DNA of 23,635 nucleotides from NCBI GenBank assembly GCA_051294375.1, contig JBJCIZ010000019.1:1-23635 (forward strand), given 5' to 3'. The notes beneath the pieces were generated by a model, which saw nothing but the letters and a program-made list of their open reading frames with translations, made no database searches and was not told where the DNA came from. Of the stretch, positions 1-9,099 are shown in pieces. This DNA comes from Paraspadella gotoi. Its lineage: Eukaryota > Animalia > Chaetognatha. The position numbers and the translations under genes are program-made. The first letter of the stretch is position 1, and each line of letters begins with the position of its first letter.

Positions 1-28
1 TCGGTCAGAGGAAATGTGGCAGTGAGCC

Positions 29-31
29 AGA

Positions 32-78
<47 letters not shown>

Positions 79-101
79 AGAGAGAAGAGAGAGAGAGAGG
101 A

Positions 102-136
<35 letters not shown>
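29..136 (+). repeat. (GA)n microsatellite
   Basis: Direct reading. Confidence 0.97.
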
Positions 137-142
<6 letters not shown>

Positions 143-164
143 CTTAATCTGACTGTTCATGTTT

Positions 165-185
165 ACGACGACGACGACGACGACG
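165..185 (+). repeat. (ACG)n microsatellite
   Basis: Direct reading, 7 units. Confidence 0.9.
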
Positions 186-227
186 TTCACATTGTTCCTC
201 ACATTCCTTTTCCACATTTCTTTCCAG

Positions 228-345
228 AATTCTCAGTTTTGCTTTTTTCACAACTCGCTCACGTCGATGATTACGAATCTACGAGGGACTCCTTCAGCGC
301 TACCTCTTCGTGATCCAGCCATGCCTTACTATCACAGGAATATCG
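228..345 (+). CDS. Exon of unidentified host gene (indel-corrected reading ...HVDDYEIYEGLLQRYLFVDPAMPYYHRNI)
   Basis: Pyrimidine tract ending TTTCCAG (AG 226-227) and donor G|GTGAG at 346. The phase-1 end joins the next exon to give GAA ATC ATC. The protein reading needs about 2 indel corrections. An upstream exon end with donor GTGAG at 22 is also visible. Confidence 0.6.
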
Positions 346-347
346 GT

Positions 348-348
<1 letters not shown>

Positions 349-419
<71 letters not shown>

Positions 420-563
420 GATCGTGGACCAGCCATGGCCTTACTATCACAGGAATATCGGTGAGAGAGAGAAAGGGAGAGAGAGAGAGAGAGATTTTAG
501 AAAGAGAGAGAGAGAGAGAGAAGAGAGGAGAGAGAGAGAGAGAGAAGAGAGAGAGGAGAGAGA
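349..563 (+). repeat. Two (GA)n microsatellite tracts (349-419, 464-563)
   Basis: Direct reading. The tracts are separated by a duplicated exon-end/donor segment. Confidence 0.95.
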
Positions 564-607
564 AGCGAAGACAAAGCGGGAGCCATTTTCCTTCCCGTCA
601 TCCGCAG

Positions 608-746
608 AAATCATCCACGAAACTTGTTATCCCTTCGCCTTCCGTCAGCGGAGACGACTACGCGGCCAAAAATCTCAGCCCAAGTCTGCAACGGCCCCGT
701 GCCCCTGGCCCCGACCGGCTATCGGCTCTGGTCATCGACATGACAG
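608..746 (+). CDS. Exon of unidentified host gene (approx. IIHETCYPFA..SGDDYAAK.LSQVCNGPVPLA.DRLSALVIDMT)
   Basis: Acceptor TTTTCCTTCCCGTCATCCGCAG ending at 607 and donor AG|GTTGT at 747. C-rich third codon positions. The frame hops at apparent indels. Confidence 0.55.
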
Positions 747-937
747 GTTGTTCATCCTTATAAACATGACATGACATGACCGGCTACGCAGATCTCGACA
801 TGACAGGTTGTTTTCCTTCTAAACCCCTCCAATCTATTTTCGAATGACCATGCGACTTTCGTTGACACCGAATGAAAAACGAGAAGTCGGAAGTTTTAGG
901 AATTTAGGTCTGAAACAAAAGAGTGTCGTCCTGGTTG

Positions 938-966
938 GTCGTCGTCGTCGTCGTCGTCGTCGTCGT
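938..966 (+). repeat. (GTC)n microsatellite
   Basis: Direct reading. Confidence 0.9.
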
Positions 967-1099
967 TGTTGTTATTGTTCACTTGTGACGTCCGATTTAA
1001 ATTTTAAAAAAAAAAAGAAAATAAATTTCCCCTTGGATTTGTTTTTGTTTACCATTTTTTGAGGGGGAAATTTAAGGTAAATAAATTATTTGGCGAAGT

Positions 1100-1257
1100 G
1101 GGGCGCCTTCAATATTTTAGCGCCGTCATTACCCGGCACGTCTTTTCTCGGAGCCGTTTCTTTCCGGCGCGTCATTTCGCGGCGCTGTCATTTACTGGAA
1201 CCTCGTCGTGGCGCCGTAATTTCTTCGGCGCTCATTTTTTTGGCGTCCCTGTCATCG
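1100..1257 (+). repeat. Degenerate ~15-17 bp minisatellite, consensus ~GGCGCCGTCATTTC
   Basis: Variants gcgccgtcattac, ggcacgtcttttc, ggagccgtttctttc, ggcgcgtcatttc, ggcgctgtcattt, ggcgccgtaatttc, ggcgctcatttt. Confidence 0.75.
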
Positions 1258-2074
1258 TTTATCGATTGTTTTTTTTTTTTTAAATCTCACTTGTCGCTCA
1301 TGATCATAATCTAAATAATCAAATCTTCTTTTTCTATCCTTCTTTTAATCTCACTCTCGTGATAAGGAGAGCTTCAAATCCGTATGCGATTAGAAATCGC
1401 TTTTCCGATTTTTTGTTCTTTTAAGAAAACAAAGTTTAAGACTGAAAACTTTGGCGCTTGTGTCATTTTCCTTTCATGTCATCGTTGTCGTCGTCAGCAT
1501 TGTCGTCGTCGTCGTCATCGTCTCGCCTTCACGCCCATAATAAACTGCCCTTTTTTTTTTTTCTACTGACTTTTTTTTACGACTCGATCCGAGGACCTTA
1601 TTAGTTTCGGCAATCCTGTTATTGACAAGGCTTCCTTTTTTGTTATTGACAGGGCTTCCTTTTTTGGGAATAAAATTAGGGATAATTGCTTCCTTTTTTC
1701 TTTTTCTCGAGGAATGAAATAAATTTTCTAAATTTATTATTCATACCTTGGTAGATTCAAGTCAGAATTCCATTTCAAAATGATTTTCAAGTTGTAAAAA
1801 AAAAGATTTTCTCTTCTCGGAGATTCAATCTAATTTTCCATGGTTTTTTTTTTTTAATGTTAAAAAAATCTTTATTTAAAGAACAACATACAAGTATTTA
1901 TTAAAAAAGTCTAGTTTACAAATAATTTCTTCCTTTTTTTTTCCGAAGAATAAAAAATTCATAAAAACTTTTTCTTTTTCGGTCCTCGATTGAAACCTAA
2001 CATCATAAAGTTTCTAAAAAGTTTTTCGGCTTTAATCTACATGTGACCGTTCTTAGTCATAAAGGCCAATTAGT

Positions 2075-2082
2075 TCTCTCCT

Positions 2083-2127
<45 letters not shown>

Positions 2128-2148
2128 TCTCTCTTCTCTCTTCTCTCT
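2075..2148 (+). repeat. (CT)n microsatellite at the intron 3' end
   Basis: Direct reading. Confidence 0.95.
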
Positions 2149-2149
2149 G

Positions 2150-2353
2150 ACACACCCGAACCCCGTATCTCAGGCATCCGGCCCAACCAGTACCCCTACT
2201 TCAGTTACGTGACCCGCCCTTGGGGCGAACCCGCACGGTCACCACCATCACCCCGGAGCAGACCTGAACATCTTCTACCCCGAGGGGGGCGCTTTTCGAA
2301 ATGCCAATTTCCAGTCGTCGAGAAAGAGATTAAGAGACTGCTCAAGAGTACAG
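2150..2353 (+). CDS. Exon of unidentified host gene (approx. ISGIRPNQYPYFSYVTRPWGEP.TVTTITPEQ.LNIFYPEGGAFEMP..QSS.KEIKRLLKST)
   Basis: GC-rich island with strong C3 codon bias directly after a (CT)n tract, and donor CAG|GTTGGT at 2354. The acceptor AG is not cleanly visible, so the start is approximate. Confidence 0.55.
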
Positions 2354-2420
2354 GTTGGTCGTCCTTGTTACATGACTAGAATTTCATTCTTTCTTCCGCT
2401 AAACGGAAAGATCCAAAGTT

Positions 2421-2764
2421 TTTAGATGTTTAGATGTTTAGATCTTTAGATGTTTATATCTTAGATGTTTAGTTCTTTAGATGTTGAGATGTTTAGATTC
2501 TTTAGATGTTTAGATCTTTAGATGTTTATGTTCTTTGGATGTTTAGATCTTAGATGTTTAGATGTTTAGATGTTTAGTCTTTAGATGTTTAGTTCTTTAG
2601 ATGTTTAGATGTTTAGATGTTTAGATCATTAGATGTTTAGATCTTCAGATGTTTAGATGTTTAGATCTTTGATGTTTAGATCTTTAGATGTTAGATCTTT
2701 AGATTGTTTAGATCTTAGATGTTTAGATATTTATATGTTAGGGTTTTAGATGTTTAGATGTTTA
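2421..2764 (+). repeat. 8-bp tandem satellite (TTTAGATG/TTTAGATC)n, roughly 40 units
   Basis: Direct reading. Confidence 0.95.
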
Positions 2765-3718
2765 AATCATCTTACGTGTTCTTCGTCCGCTCTCTATTTT
2801 TCTCACTCTATTATCAGTCGGTAGTTCTCTCCATCCGTCAGTCTGTAACTCTTACCTGTCTTGCTCTATCAGTCTCTCTAAATTTTTTGTCTTTCTGTCT
2901 CTTTGTCTGTCTCTGGATATATGTGTACTAAGGTGAACAGGTTGCAAACTAACAGAAGTCCGTATAAATATTGTTAATATGTTTATTAAGATCATGAAAA
3001 ATAAAACAAAATTAAGATTTAATCTTATAGTTAAACACATGGATGCTATTTTATATTATTCAAATACTATATAATGTCAAAAAATTTTTGGGTGAATTTT
3101 AATTTTTTTTTTATCAGATTCTGATAGGCTGAAAAGTTAGAACAAAGGTTTTTATCATAATTTTTGAAGTTTTATTGATTTGTTATAAAATTACAAAAAC
3201 TATCATTTCTTCTTCCTTCGTCTCCTCTCCATTTAAAAACAAAGAACAAGAGGAGAAATTTTAAAAACCAGAGATATTCAGAGTTTTGAAAAAGATTTTC
3301 TGACTTCCAGTAGGGGTTGGCCAGCTAATGAAGTGAGTCAAAAAATTTAGAGTGAGTACAAGCTCAACGAAAATTTATACATTTTAATTACACATACCAT
3401 ATTACAGACAAAAAATTTCTTTTATGGCCTATACCCTAATAATTATTTTTTTAATATTTATTTATAGATAGGAAAGGCCAAATTTTTTTTATATCAAAGA
3501 ATCCATCAAATAATTTTTGACAAAAATATTTTAATGATATAATCTATGCTCATTTTCTTCTTTTTTCAATGCAAAAGTTTTTCTTGGAGAAGAATACATT
3601 TTTGAGGGGGAAATTAGATACCTTCGTTGTTTTGTTTAAAACTAGATATAAATAAATAAATAAATATTGAGTTTCTCTATCGTCTGTCGCTTTCTTTCCC
3701 CATCAATATTTCCCAAAT

Positions 3719-3783
3719 CCTCTCTCTCTCCTCTCTCTTCTCTCTCTCTCTCTCTTCTCTCTTCTCTTCTCTCCCTCTCTCTC
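3719..3783 (+). repeat. (CT)n microsatellite at the intron 3' end
   Basis: Direct reading. Confidence 0.95.
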
Positions 3784-3791
3784 CCCCACAG

Positions 3792-3973
3792 AGCGCATCG
3801 CCGTCGCCTGGAATCCCACGACGTCATCCGCGTCTACGACACTTTCGTCAAAGGAAGAAGGACATCTTCGATCGATCGCGTTCGGCCACGCCCACTCCGC
3901 CATTTTTGGAGAGGACGCCGATGACGACGCCAGCGCCGCCGGGGCCGCCGCTCTCAAGATGAGGGGTGAATAA
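3792..3973 (+). CDS. Exon of unidentified host gene (approx. ERIAVAWNP.DVIRVYDTFVK..KDIFD.IAFGHAHSAIFGEDADDDASAAGAAALKM)
   Basis: (CT)n tract and CCCCACAG acceptor (AG 3790-3791). The phase-1 join with the previous exon gives ACA G|AG CGC ATC. It ends either at donor GTGAAT (3966) or at TAA 3971-3973. Confidence 0.6.
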
Positions 3974-3992
3974 GGAAAAAAGGGAGAAGACG

Positions 3993-3993
<1 letters not shown>

Positions 3994-4057
<64 letters not shown>

Positions 4058-4058
4058 G
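3994..4058 (+). repeat. (GA)n microsatellite
   Basis: Direct reading. Confidence 0.95.
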
Positions 4059-4397
4059 GCAAAAGATATCGGGAGTTACAAATGGTAAGGTAGGGAGTTA
4101 AGGGAGAGACAATGAGACAACAAACGGGAAAATGGAGAGAGAAATAGTTATTAGTTATATAGAGGAATATGTAGAGGAAGAATTATGGCAGGTAGAGATG
4201 AACAAATAAATTAATTAATTAATGTTTTTGTTAATTAATTAAATAATAAATTAATTAATAAATATGAAAAAATAAATCAATTAGAAAACAACAAAAACCA
4301 AAAAAAAAAATGAAAAATTGTACCTAAAATAGAAATCCATAAAAATCTTTGGCCATATTTTATTTTATTTTATCTTACTTAAAAATTCGGAAATGAG

Positions 4398-4810
4398 TGT
4401 TACGTAATAATGATCAATATATTACGAGGAAATTCCAGCTTCTCTACCTTTTCCCAACTGATCTTTTGTTCCCTTACTAACGCAAGGATATTCCGTTTCT
4501 CTGGCGATCACAGCGACACCTGTAGTTCGATTATGTATTAAAGTATATACTTAAGTACAAGTTTCCGAGCAGTGCGTGGCGGGCTCTGATTTGTTTGCCG
4601 CCGTTTCGATAGATCTCAGTCCTGATTTCTATCGACGTGTAGTCCTTTCATAATTCACTTAGTCTCACACTGCGTTTTGCTACTTTTTTAATAAGTTTTC
4701 TACAATTCGCATATAGATATTCTCGGAAACACGTTTTTTAATAATAAGTTTTTTAGTTGAATCGCTGGGGATTGGTGGAACATTTTTTGTGATAGAGGCA
4801 ACATTTTACA
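4398..4810 (+). promoter_or_regulatory. Candidate 5' LTR (TGT...ACA, 413 bp)
   Basis: Begins TGTTACG at a compositional shift away from AT-rich host DNA, contains a TATA-like GTATATAC near 4543, and ends TTTACA followed 4 nt later by TGG (PBS-like position). No second copy in the window to confirm it. Confidence 0.35.
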
Positions 4811-4830
4811 ATTCTGGCTTCAGAAACAAG

Positions 4831-4902
4831 GTAAGAGAATCTCTTTAAAATTTATATATTATTTACTGAGTGTGTATTAAATTTTTGTGTCCCTTTGTCC
4901 AG
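4831..4902 (+). other. Candidate 72-nt leader intron / major splice donor
   Basis: CAAG|GTAAGA donor, branch-like TACTGAG at 4864-4870, and acceptor CCCTTTGTCCAG. Confidence 0.5.
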
Positions 4903-7900
4903 GATTTCTAACTTTAGCTTAAGGCTCTTTAGCTTCAAATGTGAACATACAATATAACATAATACAGAGAACATATAGCTGCAAGGACTGCGTATAAGAC
5001 TATACAAAAGGACTCTATTGCTTACAAGAGAAGATACATAGAATTCAGCATCCTCGTACTGACGTCCGACCTGATAAGCGTCGAACGATCATCTTTGCAG
5101 AGACATATAGTCGTCAGCCATCTTCCGTAGCTACGTACTAGGACCGGTGCCATCGTCTCTTCCTGCGCCTCCTCGAATCCTCCTATTCCCTTTGATAGCG
5201 CAGAATTGATTCAAGAGACAAGTTAGCGATATTCAACGACAGCCACCTCGCCTCCAGTTCGATTCTACATAGAAATCTCGTTTGCGAATCGGCCTTAGTC
5301 AAGCGCTTTCGTCGCGAATTCTCAATTCCTCGCGGCGCAATTTCTTCGGGTTCACCGCAGAAGAAGTAACCACCAGCGTCCGGTCTCTGGTTGCCGACGG
5401 ACGAATCGACGTTCCATCATCGAAGGAACTAGCTATCTTCTTCTCGACGGACGTAAGGGTCTAGCGGTGCTTTGTGTACGACTTTGCGACGAGGCGCGAC
5501 CCTCGGACTAGCGACGAGATCCGGACTGGCATCGTCTGCAGCGGTATTACTTTCGGCATAATCCGTCGCTCTCCTGTCTCCGATAGCAATTGCAAGTGAG
5601 ATTGAAGTTCAAACATGGGTCTCGATTCGTTTATTTCTTCAAAACTTCGCAGCCGACGGCTGCAACTACGTCGTGCGTTTGAAACTCTTCTCGTGATTTC
5701 TACGCCGCTCGATTCCATCAGCGGCGACGAAGTAGCGATTGTGAGAAATAAACGCGCTGCCATGTCGATCATTTAGCGTCGTCGAGCTGTCGAGTGTCAA
5801 AAACTGCTCTAAGCGACTTCCCCTATATCGACGCAGTCTCCGTCGAAGTGACGTTACGGTAGATTATACTCGTTTATAAGACGATATCAATCGGAGCCGC
5901 CTTAAGATTCAGTAATAAAGAGAGGATAAGGCAAATTATCGATCACTTCGCGACGTCACAAACTATTTTCAGACCCCAATTTACCTTTTCTCTGTAATCA
6001 ATCGACTTAGCCTCCCAAAGCGGACATGTGGCGGACTCATTCCCTGCCGCTAAGTCGCGTTACCCTACCAGGATGCCACGTCTTCCTTCACGGGCTTCAA
6101 CGTCGAACAAGACGTGTTTTTTTTTATATATCGTGCTATCGTTTCTTTCCCGCGCCGGCCGCTCCTCTGCTAGGAAAACACTCCTTCGGGAAGCCAACGC
6201 GGATAGACACGTAGTGATAAGCGATGCTCTACCGAACGGCATCCGTTCTGCCGATATCCAGACGCATTGGAATGACGATGGCGATGGAAGTTTTGTCGGA
6301 CTTCCTCAATCGCCTCCACAAACATCCTTGTATTATTTGATCTCCCGTTCGTTCTCTCCCCTCTCTCCTCGAAACAGACGCCAGACTTTCCCTCGTAAAA
6401 CTTCTTCTCGATGTTCTCTGGGCTAGCGCGTGCTTACTTGATTCGATGTGGCTAATCACCGTCGACGCTGCGTGCTCATCTCCGCGCCTGAGAAACGCAT
6501 ACGGCGTCGACCGCTGGCGTCGGCTCCGTTCCGCCGCAGCACGGATAACGCCGCTATGCCGGAGCACCGGAGATTCCCGCAAAAAGGGAACAGTTCTTTC
6601 GGCTGCCAAACGAATCCGCGACGGACTTGGCGGCTTCCTTGCGATCTACCCGGCCCGTTCTCGCTTCTTCCGCTCGCCCGTCTCCATGAAAGAATGTGAT
6701 GCTAATGAAAATGATGGAACACCGTCCGTTCTTAAGTCCACATCGAAGCACAACTCGTCCCGCCAAAGCGCAGGTCAACCCTAGATGGAGAGCACGCATT
6801 GAGGGGGAATAGAATCAATGCGAACCTACGAGTGTCTTTCGCACTCTGCAGTCAGCGCAAGAAACACCTGTGGAGGCCCATGGTCCGGAAAGTAGAAGAA
6901 CATGGCGCGCTGTGACCGAACGACGAAGAGGACTCATGATTGACACGCGAGATCGGCATTGAGCGCGGCGACCAACGAGAGTGCAATGGTTATGAGACGG
7001 CGAGATGAACGAAGAAGTGAGCGAGAGCACTGATCTCACGAGAGAAGTCCGATGCGAGACGGTCAAGGAAGTGCGCCTGATTTTTCCGCCATCTTTCGAC
7101 TCTTCAGAGGATCTCGACTGAGACAGGAGCGTGATGAGACGGAAGACCGACAGTAACGTAACGTCACCGGCTGCCGAACGCGCATTCAGACGAGGACGGA
7201 AAGAAATGAGAGAAGAAGAGGAAAGATTTGCAAAGGTCAGCAGATTCGAAGCTTTGGCGAAAGCCGAGGAAGAGAACCTGGATTAATCGCCTGACGCCTG
7301 CTTTATCTACGCGAACTGGCAAACTACTGGTCGAGGCTCAGACGAGCGGATCCCGCACTTTAGAGCCTACTCTTCATCAGCTCGTAGCCGGCCTTTCGAA
7401 GTACCAAACACGACTCCACCGCCAGCTGTCGGCGACACCATGAACGATTCATCATCAGTGAATCACCGGCTCGTCTTCAACGAAGTCGGCACGCGCGTGC
7501 GTCAGCAAATGCGGAGAGATCAGCGGCGTCGAGAGTTCATTCGGAAGCGGGAATCCTCGACGAGAGAGTGAGGGACGGAGTGAGAGAGACCGGAGGATGA
7601 ACGAAGACGAGAGGATGAGCGGGCGTCGTCCCCGCGCCATCCTCGATTGCACTCCACCGAGCAACATTGGGGTCAAGATTCGCGACGCGGTTAAGGAACT
7701 TTTATTACGATAAGCGACGAGCGTCGTGAGAGCGAGGCGGAGAGTAGGGGGAGGGAAGCGATCACTTTTCCGCCTCCCCCGCCAGTCGTTTCAACGGCCC
7801 GTACTAACCGCTGCGGCATGAACGCCGAAGCGCCGGCTTTTACCCAGAGAAGCGTGAGCGCACTAGTTCGGCGGCGTCACACGCTTCACACGTTTCACGG

Positions 7901-7949
7901 CATCCGACGGCGCCACCTTCGATCACGGCGCCGTCAGAAACGGCCTTCG

Positions 7950-8970
7950 ACCGCTCAGCTGCGATGGCGAGGCTTCTTTGGAATTCAGGCCCAGACTCTC
8001 GCCTTTCAAATGCTTCAGCAGCAGCGCCCAAAGAACAAAGTCGACGAAAATACGTCACGATTGGACTTTGAGCGTCAACTTCGAGATTTTCAAGTGAGCG
8101 TCTGTGCGTTGGAGGCGCCACTGATCCATGAAGTTGAAGGAGCTACCCACTGGTTCGACGGTCTTCCCAAGCGATCCGTGTGACCGTTTCTTACGCAATC
8201 GGACGCTACCGCGGGCTCTTGCGGACCCGTTTCCGTCCTCAAGAAGAAGTGGGGGATGAAGCGGACGACGGCGGATGAGATGATAGAAGAGATCCTGACT
8301 GGCCCAAAACTCGATCGAAAGGATTCCGCAGGTCACCATGCATTATTGATAACATTGCAGCAGGTCTACGATCTTGCCAGGGAGACCGATCGATTAGCGG
8401 ACCTCGACCGGGCGGCCGTCATGGCGGATCTCCTATTATCGAAGAGGAGCCACATTTAAGATAAGTGGGTCGAAAAAAGTGTTTTTACAGACATATCACC
8501 AATGGAATGAGATCTTCTTAAGTGATTCATCGTTTCTGTGCGCCATTAACCAAGAGGTTCTCGACTTTAGACCGCCGCCGAAGACATCCAAGAACGCCGC
8601 GACGCACGGAAAAACGAAGACGACGCAAAGTCAACGTCGCGTCGCGGAAACATGAAGAAAAAGAAAGCTCGGCGCCGCTCGTTTCCAGCAACAGCCGGAG
8701 CGTCTCTGGTTTTAAAGCCGGCGTCGTCGCCATGTCCTACGCCTCTAGAGCTCCGTGCCATGCCCACATTGGCGGCGCCAATTACCTTCGCAGCTTACAA
8801 TTCAGGATTGAAGCCGCCGATCGGCCGAAGTTTGTCGCTCCATCCGCTGCTCAACTCTTGGAACGTCACGGGACGCTAATGCCCTACAAAAGAGCGATGC
8901 TTTTGTAGCTGAATACCAATCCGCCTCTGTGGACGTAGCACCACGTCAAGGACGGAGGCTTAAAAGCCAC
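7950..8970 (+). pseudogene. gag: Gag core and zinc knuckles, copy A (frameshifted, probably by sequence errors)
   Basis: Helical capsid-like fragments (DEMIEEILTGPKLDRKDSAGHHALLITLQQVYDLA...) at the position where BEL/Pao DUF1759 is expected. Knuckle remnants PCH...YLRS...ADRPKFV. Aligns by eye with the cleaner knuckle copy at 12033-12444. Confidence 0.7.
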
Positions 8971-9099
8971 TCAGGCAAAAACGTTTCGACACAGGCGAAA
9001 ATAACTAAAAAATCTGACGCCGCCGCCGATAGGACAGGATCACGCGACGGGGATAAACCCGCTACTATGCCGAACCCCGCGGGGACGTGACCGCCCATG

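Noticed and set aside
159-774. ORF-track proteins with (RE)n runs, and similar ORFs at 3642-4062
   Set aside because: Translations of GA/CT microsatellites read through introns.
4511-4526. CTCF-like motif CAGCGACACCTGTAGT in the candidate LTR
   Set aside because: Several mismatches to the consensus, a single occurrence, and noisy sequence.
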